From the NCBI GenBank assembly GCA_036172245.1, contig JAYWIR010000052.1, positions 868,001-932,000 on the forward strand: DNA of 64,000 nt, given 5' to 3'. This document shows, one piece after another, positions 35,842 to 49,619 of the stretch; position 1 is the first letter of the stretch; every line of letters begins with the position of its first letter. The notes beneath the pieces were generated by a model. It was not told the DNA's origin and searched no databases. It saw only the letters and a list, made by a program, of their open reading frames with translations. The DNA is from Raillietiella orientalis (lineage: Eukaryota). Both the position numbers and the translations under genes were made by a program.

Positions 35842-37169
35842 TGCTACCGTCACCTTGATGCTCTTCTGTTCCTGGACCAGCGTTTATCCCGACTGGAATC
35901 TCGGCGGGTTTCGTCCACGAGTGCCTTCTGATTAAAGTGCTCGGGTCGGGCATGGACGCGCATTAATGCCATCAACGGCAAACGAGGACCATAAACTCTT
36001 TTTTCCCTGTTGCGTCACAAATTTCGGAGCGGGACACTGTCTTGCAGACCATTTTCCCAAAGAGGATTCATTTCGTCTGTTCCGCATCCCAGTCTGGCCC
36101 TGGCCCTGAGCGTGCCGAGGGCACCTTCGTTTTATCTGTCCGGAACCTCGCCATGTTCCTTTTGTCTTCCTCTCTCTCACTCTCTTTTCTTCCTCCTTTC
36201 CCTTTGTTTGGCGAAATGGGGGAGCGGTCTGCTGCTGCCTCCGCCGCCGCCGTTCCTCTCCCTCCTCCGTGCCGGAAGAATCTTTTCGCTTTCGTCAGAA
36301 CGCACGCCATCCTTGACGTCACCTGTCGAATCTCCGAGACGGAAGCGAGATGGAGTTTTTCCGCGAGGAACGACACGGCTGCAACAAAGCCGTTCGTATT
36401 CCCCCGAAGACGTTCCCGACGAGCAGATAAGTGCCCGACATCCATTCTTGCGAGCTGCAGAGATTAAGGAGGAAAAAAAAGGTCTCCGAATAAAGAAAGA
36501 CGGATGTCGAAACCCCGGAGATCGTGTTATTCAATCCGGGGCAATTTTCATCCCGCGTCGATTCCTTGCGGACCCGCTCCAGCGATCCATCACCACGAAT
36601 CCATCCCAGGTTCCCGATGCCCGAAGAAAGTCACGTGAAGGAAGGAGATTGGTGGGAGAAGCCCACCGGGCGGAGAGGGCGCTCTTCTCCACCCGGGCGT
36701 CCGCGGACCGGGGTGCCTGTCTGAGAAGCGACGCCTGAGAGGCATGGATTGCGGAGCGCTCGGGGTCGCAGCATCCGTCAGCTGCCCCATGGTCCATCCA
36801 CTCATCAGCTTCCGAGTTTTTCAAGGGGACTCCCGCCCTTTAACCTGCTGTGGTTTGCTGGAAGGAAGGCACGCGTCGGACGGGAGCGGGTGGTGGGGTG
36901 GCATGGGAGGAAGGCGGAATGGAGGAGGGGAGGAGGAAGGAACACGCGCTCTCGCGGAGACTGACTGACCTCTCGCGAGGAAAGCCCAGGAACGAGGGGG
37001 AAAACGTCGTCGTCAAGGAGCACAGATGCCGAAAGCGCGTCGTCAGCTTCCCGGAAAGCGCGGGACGCGGAAGATGCGAGGAGAGATAAGAGCCAGCAGC
37101 TCAGGACCAGAGCGTCTGTTTGCAACCTCTGCAAGTTCACCACGGAGAGCACCCGCGAGTTGCTTCCAG

Positions 37170-37720
37170 AGTTTTTGGAAGGAACCAAGGAGCCCTTCGG
37201 GGTTCCCTTCCGGTTGGAAAAATGGAGCCATCTCCTCTCCTTCCTCGGGGGAGTTGTCTCCCCAGAGTGCAAGAAGCACGCCGCTCCCTTCGGGGAGCGT
37301 CCTTCAGGGAAAATGGGAAGCGTCCCTTCGGAGCTCTCTTCAGAGGAGGAAACAGGGAGCAGTTCCCTTGCGGATGCCCTTCGGAGAGGAAACGAGGAGC
37401 GGCCCCACGAACCGGGAGGTCCCACCGGTGTAAATGAGGAAGAGTGGCTCCCTTCGGGGCTCCCTTCGGAGACGACCAGGGCGAGGATCCCCTCCCAAGA
37501 GCAAGAGGAACGGACTCCTTTCTCCGGAGCCTTCTTGGATTCATGGGGTGGTCTCTCTGGGATTACCCCCTATTACTTGGAGAGTTGCACGCACCCTCGA
37601 ATGGCGTAGGCACTGTCAAAGAGCGTCGTGATCCCATCCCTCCCCCCCTAAGGAGGCGAACAGTTCTTCAGCACTTGGCGAACCGGAGCACCGCAACCAT
37701 GGCAGCGTCCAGCCTCAGCA
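37170..37720 (+). mobile_element. Ty3/gypsy protease C-terminus/linker fragment
   Basis: Shares long blocks with 34110-34500, for example gggaagcgtcccttcgg.gctctcttcagaggaggaaacagggagcagtt and gaggaacggactcctt. Confidence 0.65.
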
Positions 37721-39399
37721 CCGCCAAGGCCGAAGGAAGTTAGCGGCTGGGGTGGCGTCCGAAGTGGCTAACGTTCCTTCAAACGCAGGGACAGAGAGGG
37801 ACCCACGGGAAAGAGGGAAATCCGTGCGGTCTCCAGGCATCGGGAAGGGAGCGGCGCGCGACCGATTTTCCTGAGGGGGCCGCAGAGCATGGAGTGGGAT
37901 CACTCAAGCCGCGCCCTCCCTGAGTTTCGAATATCCCGCCAGGAACTCGCCGACGATGCCCCTTCTCCTGGGAACGCGCGAAGGGGCGCGCCCGACTCCA
38001 GACCGAACGATCTGAAAGCGACTCCTTTCCTTCCTCTCTGAGACGCCAGAAAATGACGTTCTTGTCCAGGTGAAATCGTTGCGCAGTCACGGATGAAAGG
38101 AAGGCGTGCACTTCCGGTTACCCCTTGACTGCTACAAGGGTGCGGTGCCCGCCCTCGGAGCCTGCAGCGAAAGACCAGGCAGCGGCTGCGAAGTTCCCCC
38201 TTGAAAACGGCGCTTTTTTTCCCAGCGGCCCGATCACTACGGATCCCCCTAAAGGCGGGGGAGGGGAGGGAGTTGGACTCGAAAAGGCCGAAGGAGGGTG
38301 GACTGGAGCCGGGAGGGAAAAAGTCCGCGCCATCTGACCACCGCCGTCACACACTCGCGGGACGCGCTCTTGAGAGAGGCGGCGCCGCTCGCGGGACCGC
38401 GCCGCTCCACGCATGGGGTTTAATAGCGGATTTCCCTTCGGGATGACGGCTCTTCCCTGCTCGCGCGCGCGTGGTCCCGTCATTTCCTGCCCTCTCCCGG
38501 AACGAGCTCCTGCCGGCTGCAGTGCGGCGCTTTATTGCTGGGCGATTAACCGTTCGCTCGGTGGCATCCCGACTGACGCCCCCGCTCGACATCGTCTTGC
38601 GTGGGAAATGGGGAGAGGGGTTTGGTTCGTGGGGCGCTGCTGCTCCCTGCGTACTCTGGATGGGTCGGCCAGAGAACCGCAACGGGGGCGGCCGAAAGGG
38701 TGCACGGGGACCCCAGGTCTCGAAGCGATGGCGGAACCACTTTCTTTTTTCGGTGGTGGTGGTGGTGGTGCTTTCCTGTATCCACTCACCTCCACCGGCA
38801 GCGAGAAGGCAAACGGGCGTGTGCACGCTTCCCGGAACCGCCGCCAGTTTCGCGACGTCGCCGGAACCGTCTGCTTCGCAGCCCTCTGCTGACCCACCCA
38901 CTCCCTTCCACCTCTCCCCTTCGCCCGCTGAGCCGTCTGCCGAACCCGCTCTGCTCGTCAACAGCCCTCCTTCGAGGCTGCCTGTCTTCCTCGGGTGGGA
39001 AAAAGGAAAAAATCCTTCCCCCGCAGCGTCAACACGGCCTCGTCTCGCGCCGGAGGGGGGAGGAGGGAGACGAGTTCTCGGAGCACGCCCGCTGGAAGGC
39101 GCGTGCGCTCTGCTCTTCTCGGATCCGCGGCGGCAGCGACACACTGGAAGAGGCAAAGAGGGAGAAGGAGATAGCCCGACAGGCGGCGCAGTGCCGGGGG
39201 AAGCCTCGGAACGTTTCGGAGGAGCGGGCGGGAGCGCACCAGGAACTCTTCTTCCTGCCGCGCTGTGGCGTGGATGCGCGCGCACGTCCCGTCCCCCTTC
39301 CCCTCCTCCAGCGGCCTGCGATGACGACTTGTTTCTTCTTCGTGCCTCCCTCTCTGTTTCCAGGATTCTTTGTTATCTTCTTTCTCTTGAGCGGCTTCA

Positions 39400-39620
39400 T
39401 GATGACTGTAATCTGGTCGCTCCTCGTAAATAAATTTCCTAATGATCTGGACGCGTTCTTGCACTGTGTACAAAGACGTTATCGAATTTTTCATCAGCCA
39501 GAAGAGGCCGTAAACGTTCCGTCAGTCGGGGTCCTCCTCCTCTCCCTCGTAAACTCGAAATCCCCTCCTTACTTGATTTCCCGATGCACTCACTACATCC
39601 GCCTGATCTTCCGCGTAACT
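39400..39620 (-). mobile_element. Possible SGNH-esterase-like (CR1/L2 ORF1) remnant
   Basis: RLTERLRPLLADEKFDNVFVH resembles the PGAx..ERL..L..VxVHxGxND block. It sits in an AT-richer patch. Weak evidence. Confidence 0.25.
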
Positions 39621-39999
39621 TACCCGCGGCGTCTCCATGCCAACGAGGAGAGAGAACAGCGAAATTTCGTTTTCTTCCCCCCCGCCCCTCTCCTTCTCCC
39701 CGTGCCCTCTCCTCTCCCTCTCCCGTGGTCCTGGTTTGGAGAAAGGTTCTCATCCCCCGGCCGTGCGGTCGCTTCGAAGAGGGATCCGGGTATCACCTTG
39801 GAAACGCCTGAGGTTCAGCGGAGTCGCCAGAGCCACTGGGCCGTTCCGGCGAAGCCGAAACCACTTCCAGGGCAGGGAGAAGCACCGGAAAGGGCAAGGC
39901 AGAAGAAGAGTCCGAGACATGGAGGAGCGTTGAGGGACGCCGAAATCCCAAGCAGACGGAGCGCACCAGCACGGTAATGGCGCGCCCCGGAGGAACCCC

Positions 40000-41300
40000 A
40001 AGAGATGAAAGAATCGAATTGTCCTGCTGATGTTTCCCTCTCCCCTTGGCATGTCTTCGGCTCCCAGATTTCGCCGGAACGGCCCCTAGTTGGCTCTGGA
40101 GGTCGCGCCGAACCTTGGTCGTGTACAAGGTGATGCTCGGGCCCTCGAGAACCTCGAGAGATGGCGGCGCAAACTCCGCCTGCCTGCGTCCTCCTCCTTA
40201 GTGTTGCTGCACGCACGCAGGTTCGGGAGGGCGCGGACCGATCCCGGAGCGAGAGCCGGCATGGATCGTGGGAAGGGGCAAGGAGGCTGGCCACGTTCTC
40301 CCGTAAGGAAGGCTTCCGTGCGGCGCACTGCTGGGGTCGCGCTCGAGCTGTGGTCCAGAGTTCCGGCGAGGATGCGCATCTGCGTCCTGACAATCCCTCC
40401 TTATCTCTCGCTTCTTCTGCACCCTGAGTAAGGCTTGCTTGCGTCTCCCCTCCCCTCCGTGCATCCATGTAGCTCCGGGGATCAGGGAGGCGTGCGCTGT
40501 TTGCTTCCCGGTCGGCCGAGACCCTCGGACCCCGTCGTTCTGGGAATCTCTCCTGCCCGCGGCAGCGTCCCTGTGAGGTCGAGCGTGGGCCTCTGTGACG
40601 TCGGCTTCTTCTTCTTCCTCTCCCTATGCGCACGTGCGCGCCGTGCGCCTTTCGGCCTCTCCTCGAAAGGTCACGAGGCCGCCTCCAGAGATTGATCGGA
40701 GGAACCCGCCCTCGCCTTCCGGGGCATGGCGAGGTGAGCGCTTTTGATTCGTGCGCGCGCGCTCGGGGCGGGGAATTTCCCCACGGCTCCGGAGACTGAG
40801 GGCACGAGCGTGCTGCTCTCCCTAGCGGCAGGGCCCGGGTCCTCCTAAAGCGTCTCCTCCCCTGCCACGGCTTCGCGCCACAGCGAGTGGGCTGAAAGGT
40901 GCGCGTGGCAGTGCATGGATTCCTTCCCCTCCCCTCCTCCCCCCCGTTTCTTCTCTGGAGAGGAACTACCTCTCGTTCCTCCCTGGCTGGACCACGGCGC
41001 CTAGACGGTTCATTCATAAAGAAAGCTCCCGTGCGGCGCAACGTTGTGGTCGCCCTCGAGCTGCTGTCCAGAGAGGTCCGGCAAGGATATGCATCCTGGC
41101 GACCCTCCTCCGTCGGTCGCGCCCTTCCACTTCGCTCGGAAGATGAGGAGGGGATAGCAACAGCACGTGCGCTTCCCGAGGCCGCGAGCTTCGGGTTGGC
41201 GCTTCTTCATCGTCCGCGTCGAAGGGAAAGGACGGGAGAGAAAGTTCGAAGGGGGAGCCATCAGGGGAACGGTCCGGGAGTCTTTCCTGGCAGGCAGCCA
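40000..41300 (+). mobile_element. Two adjacent decayed L1/Tx1-like fragments
   Basis: 40305-40385 and 41018-41098 are diverged direct repeats. SGRARVLLK..FLLWRG motif remnants lie at 40815-40980. Confidence 0.5.
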
Positions 41301-44300
41301 CGCCGCGGCTTGGCGAAAAAGCAGAGCGCCGAGGAAGCAGGCGGTCAGCGACACTCTCACCGAGCTTCCTCGTGATGATAGGGGGCGGTCCCTCCCTGTG
41401 CGCCCGCGAAAGAACGGGAAAGCCGCCACCCGGAAGGACGGCAGGAAGGTGGAAGGCGAGGCACGCCAAGACGCGTGAGGGAGCAGGGCGAGAACGGGGA
41501 GGACCGAGGGCAGAGTGAGTCCCCGTAGCGGGACGGGGCTATCTCCCGGCTTACGAAGGAGGAAATCCGCCGGGACCCTCCCCACCCCACCCCACCGCCA
41601 TCCCGTCGGGACGGCCAAGAAGACCGGGAGGCTGCTCTCCTGCGGCGCGCTGCGGGAGACCTCAAACGGGACTGGCCGAAGATCCGTTTTGGAAGCCACG
41701 GAAGGGCCGCTTGTCGCGTGGGTCTCGCGGCGTGGGAATCCTTCCAGTCCCCTCCCTCCGTCCCCTCGCCGAGAAGCATCTCCCACGAGCCCATCCTGGA
41801 AGCAGCGAAAGCGAAGCGCGCGAGCGCGGGAAAAAGTCAACGCGGTACTTCCCGTGTGCTCTCGTACGTGTTTTGTTTTCTTTGAGGGTATCGGCAAACT
41901 TGTTGAAAAAGGCGAGTTCCCATACTCTCGATGAATAGGGGATGACTTTCTCAGAGTTCTCTTACGCGGGCTGCCCTCAACTTTTCATCCCTCGTATCTT
42001 TTGAGCTTTCGCTGTCTTCCCCTTGGAATTATTAACACAAACGAATACGATGCGCGTTGCAGGACTGAGAGGGGGTAAAGGGAGAGGGGAGGAGATGGCG
42101 GGACTGCGTGCGACGTCATCAGCAATTCGCTCCGCGACGCCATCGCTTGAGAAACGCTTGCGAGCCCTCAGGGACTCTTTCTGCGAGAAGAGCGACTGGG
42201 ACCTTGGTCCCGAGCAGACTGCCGAGGAACGGAAGACCTCCTCCCCAGCGGCAGGAACCACTCCCGGGGAGTCTCCCCTCCTCCCGGCGGAGAGGGAAGT
42301 CGTCGCTCGGACTGCAGCACGCGCGCCCCAGCGGGAAAGCGCCTCCTCCCCATCCGCGGCGACTTTGGACGCTCCGAGAGCCACTGGTTTCGCCTTCGCC
42401 CGCCAGATGGGAGGGGGGAGGAGAGGGGTGGAGATCCTTTCGGGGTTCACCCCGCGCCCGAAGCCACCCGGGGCGTACGTCTCGTACATCAGGCCCCGAG
42501 ACTGCCTGACGGCGTCGTCCCGAGCCTATGCTCAGCTGCAAAGATCGTCAGAAAGTGGAGTGGGTCGCCGGTTGCCAGTGATCCCAGGTGTGCGGCACAG
42601 AGGAGGAGTTTTGTTCCGCGAAACGTAGACGTCAGGGATGCCTTGAGCTTTCCCATCCCGAGAACAATTCGGTTGAATGCTGTTTCAGGGTTCCTCGGTT
42701 CTATTTTTGCATGGATGGGGATCTTGAAATACTTTTGAAGTGCCACCAAGAGCGGTTGGGAGGCAAGTAGAACAAAAGACCAGAAGCTAAAATAAGCAAC
42801 TGCGTTCGCTCCCCGTTGCCCGAGTTTAGGGACCTTGGCTTGTCTCCTCCTGAACAAAGAGAAGGAAGGAAGACAAAATGAAGCACCACCACCAAGCATC
42901 CTTTATTTTATATATATATATATTTTTTTTTTCTGCAAGAGCACATGTCGGTTTTCCCTCTCGCCTTCCCTCTTCCTCTTTCCGGTACCAGGATGATAAC
43001 GGACCCCTGCCCCCAAAAAACCTTCCTTTTTTGCGGGCGTGCGGAGCCGTGTGTCAGAAAGGTCGAGCCTGGAGAAACAGAGCGGTCTCGCGCGCCGCCT
43101 TCATGCCACCTTAGGTCGGGGCGGAAACAGCCTTGCCAGAGGGCGTCCACCACTGGCAGGTGCAGCCGTTCTGGCTTGGGCAGGACGTCGCGCGACCCTG
43201 CTCTTCCGCGAATGTTCCCCCACGCGCTTGAAATAAACATTCGGGAGGAGGTCATGGTGAAGAGAGGGGCGACGCGGGACTGCTTGGCGCGCGCACGCGC
43301 ACAGGAGGACCGGCTGGAGGGAGCGCAAGAGCGACGACGCCACGCTGGCACGGAGCGGAAAAGCGCGGTTATTTTTGGGGGGAGAAAAGTGAAAGCGGCT
43401 GGGAGATTTTTCGAGGGCGCGGCTCGTGAACGCATTGAGGGCGCCGCGCAGGATTCCTCTTCTCCCTTTGCAGGACGGGGGCACTCGCAGGGGAGAAAAC
43501 ACGGAAAGGGGGGGGGGGCGTTGAGGGAAGCGTTGCCGCTTTCCAGTCGGGGCCTCCAGCCCGCTCGTCCCCTTTCGTTCCTCCGCTGAGCCTGTCCCCC
43601 ACGGTTCGGGATACCAGCCTAACACCCCCCACCCCCACCCCACCCTTTCTTAAGAAATTCTCTCCGGAGTCGGCGCGGAAACCAAATCTCCTCGTTGCAT
43701 CGGTTCTGGCGGCACATCTCAAGGGGTAGCCACGCCTTCCTTGTCTGCACCCGGGAGGAAGGTGCCTGCAAGGCGAGGGAAACCCCCCTGGGAGCTAGAA
43801 GGCTAGTTCCTCCGGTCGGCTGGCAGCCGTGACCTTTCCCTCGTCGTGACCGCGCCGGTTGCGAGCCTGGCAACAGCTATGCTCGCTACACCACCGCCTT
43901 CTGGTGAACAGCCGCGTGCGGTCGTCTCTCGAGGAGGGCTTGAGCAGAAAGGGTCTGCTGCAAGAAGTCGGTCCAGGGGGTGCCGGCGCATGGGGCTGTC
44001 GGTTCCCCCCCTCCCCTCCTCTATCCCTTGCCATGCCATCTTTCGCCGAAAGGCGTCCGCGGGGGTCCGAGCGACGACTGGACAGCGGACGGGAAAAAAA
44101 TTTGAATTCCTGGGTGCCAGCGGTCGCTCCCCGTGTCGCTCCGGCGAGAGGCGACCGAGGCGCTCGGCATCTCGTCGAGGAAGCCTTATCTTTCCACTGC
44201 CGAGCACAGATAATGACGCAAAGAGGAGAGATCTGAATATTGGGAAGAGAAGGAAGGAGTTCTCTAACAATAAACAGAATTGGCATTTGAAACTAAATAG

Positions 44301-46099
44301 CAGAATTTCGTTCGGGGACTGATGATGCAATTAAGGGTTGCCAGAATCGGCCTGTGGACGAGATAAAAAGGCTTCCTCCGAGATTCATTGCTGCTAAGGG
44401 GCAGAACGCAAAGAGGTTAAAACGGCGAATCTGTTCCTCACATGGCGGAAGGAGCCATTTGCGAAGTGCTCTTTGTTTTGCGGAACGAGAAGAGGAACAA
44501 AACTGTACCAGTGTGCGCTGAGAAATGTTCCTCAAGGCCTAACAAAATACGTCATTACATACTCCGAGCGTTACGATCTGTTAAATCCTGTTCGTCTCGA
44601 ACAAAGATGGAGCGATTTGTCCCTCTCCGAATGTCTTCAAGCAGATGAAACGCAGGGTTCTCCTTTTTGAGGGGGAGGGCCCTTAACCGTTCGCCTCGGT
44701 TCCTTAAAAGAAGGGGCTCACGTGAGCGCAAAGATTCGTTCTTCTTCGCATGGTTGACGTTCAGAGGAACAAGCAGTTTCCTTTCTTGTTGTTGCTGCTG
44801 TTTGCTTCTCTGCTTGTTTTTCGTAAGGGCGTTCCGTACCTCTGAAGGACACGGAGCCAAGCCCCCACGAATCTGCGCCTCGTCCGCTCGACTTGCGTTC
44901 ACAGTTGCCGCGTGAAAGACGCACGAAAACTGCAGCGGGAAGCTCTGAAGGCCGAGGGTGCTAACGAAACCTCCTCCTCCTCCACTACCGGCAGCACGAC
45001 GAGGTTAAGAGGCCGGCGGGCCGTTCCTTGCTCTCTTGCTCGCTCTCCCCTCGGTGAAGTGAGCGCGGACGGGTTGACCCCCGCGACTTCGAACCGCGTC
45101 GACCTCCTTTTCCCTGGCAACGGGAGACTCCTTCCCGCTTGCTCGACATCCGACGTCGGTTTCTCCGTGATCCTGAAATCGAGAAACGGCTGCCACAACG
45201 GGAGCCATCGGAATGACCAACGGCAGTCCGCCTCCGGTGGCCTGGGCGTGCCAGTCGCCTCCGCTCGCTGTGGGGCTCCGGGTGGAAGAAGACGCGTGCC
45301 GGGGGACGCTTGCAAGGCTTGTCACGGAATTGGGATCCGGCATCGGAAGGGGGGCATGGCGGCTCCCTCGAAACTCAAGAGAGCTGCTCGTCCGACGCCG
45401 TGGCGGGCCGGTCGTGCGGCCACACGCGGGAAGGCGCACAGTGTGACCTCGCCGCAGTTCTCTCGAAGATGCGTGTGCTTTGGGAGCGGGTTCTGACACG
45501 CAGCTCGGTGGCCAGGAGGAAAACGCGCGCTCGGTAGAGGAGGAATTCACACACACACACACATATGTGTGAACAAGGCTTATAGGTGTGATGGAGAGCC
45601 GTGGAGCCAATGTTCATCGTCCCCGGAAGTGCGTGTGCGTGCGGGTGGAGCAGGTACAAAACAGCGCTGCCCCACCCTCTGGCGGCTCGGCTGCTCAGGT
45701 CCGGTGGATCCCGCATCCCGCTTTTGCAGGATGTTGGACGGCACACCATCGACTTGCTGGGCTGGTCCAAGGTCGCTGCGGGCGCCCTCACGCCGTGGCG
45801 ATTCTGGCTGGCGACGGGGAGCTTTCTTGAGCGGCGGTGCTTTCCCACAGCGCCCTCGACCTGGCCTGGCAACGGAGTGTGCAAAAGAGGAGAGCGCGCC
45901 GTTTTCCCTCGCGGGAGAACTCGTCGGTCTTCTGGCACCGGAGGGAGTGGCACCCATGGCCTTTCCTTCGAAGAGCTGCGGTTTTCGCCACCGTGCCAAG
46001 CGTGTTCGCTTCAACAGTTCCTATATTCGGATATTTGTGTATTTAAACAGCATTGCCGTCCTCAGGAGGCGGCTCGAGTGCGTAGTGTTTGCTCCCGAT

Positions 46100-46700
46100 C
46101 GAGTCCAAAATATGCCCCCGCTGTGTTGGACGTTGGACGACGTTAAGAGTCGAGTCGCTAACAGTCGATGACCCTCATCGCTTCTGGGTTTCCATCTCCA
46201 GAATTGGCACTTAGCGGTTGGCTGCTGATTGCGGGGCGCAGGCGGAGGGTGAACCAAATCGAATAAAGCTGCACCATCGGCCTCTTGAAACTTTGAGGAG
46301 CAGGGGTTCTCCGACAGCGCTGCATTATTGATCAAGTGGGGAGCGGGGAAACCTCCGCAGCCAAGAAGGAATGAGACGAATCTCCAATCCAAGATGATGG
46401 CCGTGAGCATTGCACGGGATAGAAAAGAGAGAAGCGCACTTTCAGGAGAAAACAGCCAAATGGTCAGTCTCTGAGGCATCGATCCGATGCACCCTCGATT
46501 CTGGCTTTCTACCCATGAAGATTCGCGCAAACGTCATGGCACGGCTTTCCCTCGAAGAGGAGGTTTAGAAACCGAAGAATTTCGGGTCCTCAACCTCCGG
46601 TTCTCATTGGAAGAGTGGGAAACGGAGGCATTCCTCCGCTTCTCAAGCAGATGAATACCGGAGCGGCGTAAGATGCAGCCAGGAGGTTGTTAAAGACTTC
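46100..46700 (-). mobile_element. Decayed non-LTR reverse-transcriptase core fragment
   Basis: ENRRL..K..RL..Q.G..LDWRFVSFLLGCGGF follows the RT motif order NxRP..K..RL..Q.G..D.W.F..L...GF. Confidence 0.45.
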
Positions 46701-49619
46701 ATGTGCAGCTCAAGGGAACAACGCGCACAGCACACTTCTCAGAGTGTTCCATTTGAGGCAGCACGCGTGCTGCGGCAACGCACCCAGCACGGGATCTCTC
46801 TCCTTCCCACCACCCTTTCCTCCTCGTCTGCTTGGTCAGGCACGCGAGGGGGCGATCGTGCCAAGATCTGGGACGAAGAAGACCCTTCCAAGCTGCAGAC
46901 TTCGCTAGGGTTTCCCGTTCACCCCGGCAGCGTGCCGCCGGCAACGTATTCTGGAATTCTGTCGAGCGGATGATCCGACCACCACTTCCTCACGCTCCTC
47001 GCCGTCCGCAGCATCTCCGCTCCCTTTCCGCTTTGCTTTTTCGGAGTCTGCTGGACCCGATTGCCCTGGCACGCACCGGAACCGTGGCGGCTAGGCCAGA
47101 TGATGGCAGTCGCGTCGGTCGCGTCTCACTGGACACCAGAAGGGGAGCACCCGTCTTCCAAGTGCTTGCTCAGCATGCGATCCCGGGTTTCCTCGCGCCA
47201 TCTCGCAATTCCTCACCAATTCTTTCATTACGTGTACAGCCGAAGCTGTACACGTACTGACGCACCGCGCTTGCGTGCGAAAGAGCAGAGACGTCTTCAC
47301 GCAACTCTGGAAAGTTCCACCCTGCACCCTCTGTGCACACCTACTCCCCCCTCCTCTCAGCGGGAAATAAACGTGTGGCAAGCATTCGGAGCACAGCAGC
47401 GCGAGCCTCCCCATAAAATATGGAGAGTGATCACGGATCGCTCGTGATCCTCTTCCGTCTACAATTTCCAAGATTACCCCGGGCTCACTAGGAGCCTGCA
47501 CAGAAACGCGCCTTGGAAATTGCTTACAGTCATGTAACAGTCCAATTTGGCGAGGCAGGGCAGGGAAATGCACTTTCGCAAAGTGTTCTGGCAATCCTTG
47601 CGCTTTCTCGTCACGTGACTGCGATCCGTTTGTTGTTGTCCGCGCTTTGTTTTCTCTTCCACGAGGAGCGCGCGCGTTCGTGCTTGGCCGCCATTCCGAA
47701 GGGAGCCGGCGAAATCCCCCGGGCCGGCTGGGCGGGCGGCGAAGCGGGGCAAGGAGTGTCCCGGCCGAACTTCCCGCGCCTTCCCGGAGTTGGTCCGGAA
47801 TTCCTCCGAGTCGCCTCCGCCCTCGTGCCCGCTCCAGACCTTTTGGAATTCCTGCCAACGCGGGCGGACGCGAGAGTGCAAAGAGCCGCCCCGACCTTAT
47901 CTGCTCTGGACTCACTTTTCTTCCTCTTCCTCCTTCCTCCCTTCCTTTTTTTTTTTTTTTTTTTTTGCTTTCTTTCTTTCTTTTCTTCCTTTTTTTTGCC
48001 ACTCTCTTTAATTCACGAATTACCCTTTAACCGATGCCTCCTCGGACGCCTATCGTGTAGCGAAATGCCCGAGTGAGCGGAACTCTTTCCATTCGGAGGA
48101 AGATAAGAGTCGATAAAACCGCGGCTGCTGCTGCTCCTGTGGACATTATCTTCCGTGGCATGCAAAACGGATGCTGCTGCTCCCGTGCGCTGGCATGCAC
48201 TTTCCGATCCCGTCCCTTCCCTCCTCTGTGCGCGCCCTCTCGGAGGGATGGGTACGGCGCTAGCCGGGCGCGACGCCAGCGCCGGGCTCCCCCACGTGGT
48301 CGGCCCGGAGGGGCGTGGCCGCCTAGGCGCGTCCGAGCCCGGCCCACCGTCAAACGCGACGAGCGCGCGCCCCCACACTGCGGTCCACGGACCGCGCGGA
48401 CGAAGATGCGACCCTTCCGATCTAACGGAACTGGAGGAGGGACCCTGTCTTCAGGGGACGTCCCCGAGGAAGAAGAGCTGCGTGCTTTGTTTTTTTTGTG
48501 TGTTTTGTTTTTCCATCTCCGGGTGGGCATCTCAGATGAAGAAGAAAAAGAACCAGCCGGTCGCAGCCCTCGCGAACCCAGTCTGGCCGCAGAGCGGTGC
48601 AGAGGGGCAAATGGCGCAGACGCGGAACGCGGGGATCGCTGAACCCCACGAACCCTCCCGAGCGCCGGTCCGAGGCGTAGGGCGGCCCCAAGTCTCTCCT
48701 TCGTGCCACGCGTCCCGCTGCGTCGCCCGTTCCAGCTGGAGGCGCCGAGAGCGTTGATGCGGGTCAGCCGCCTCTTCGCCGAAGACGCGCGCCGCCGCGT
48801 GCCGCTGGGGTTGGACCCCGGTCACGCGTGTGGAGGAGGCGGCGGGTCCTGCGCAGGGTTTCCCGGCGGCGCGCGGCAGGCTGGCACCACGCTTCCAGAA
48901 CCCGTTCCCTTTTATCTCGGCTTCGGGACGGCTGTTTTGGCAGCGGGCTAAAGGAAATCCCGGGGAACGGAGGCAGCCGACCCCCTCTCGCGGGATGCGA
49001 GCATTCTAATGCGACGCATTTGTTGCATTTATCTGGCTGCGCGCACATATCAGGCAGAAATAATGGAAGAGGGAATCGTCCGGAACCCCTCGTTCGGTGG
49101 TGTTGCCATGGGAAGCACCCTAGATGTTTGCCTGTGCCATATTTGGGAAGGCTCCCGAAGGGGTTAAGAGGGAGCGTGCAGACTAAACATTTATGACAGT
49201 GAATGCCCTCCTCCCTTCATATAAAAACAGACAAAGAACAAATAAATAAAAAGCGCCATTGCAGTAGTCAGTGCGGTTTTTATAAGACGTGCGCCCAGTG
49301 CTGCCAGTCACTCTTTAAACGGAACGTTTACATGCAGAGCGCGTCGTTTCCTAGGAGCTGCGGCTGCAATATGGCTCCGTGCTTTCATTGCTCCCCGTAT
49401 TTCACGTTTACCATTAGCTTTCGCATGCCGGCATGCCGGGCCGTTCATTTAAAAGTAAATTAAAAAAAACACACACACAATAAGGAGGAAGCGTCAGGCA
49501 TCTTCGGTCCTGAGATGAAAAGAAGATGAAGAAATGTCTGAAAGGAAGCATGGCTGCTAGGCAGGGAGGTGGGTAAACAAATTCATTAAATAGGTTTGGA
49601 AAGGGCCGACGTCTGTTGT

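Noticed and set aside
39320..39660. Hydrophobic stretch in ORF 38601..39977 as an alternative innexin exon
   Set aside because: No innexin motifs. It is better explained as the antisense of a purine-rich transposon remnant.
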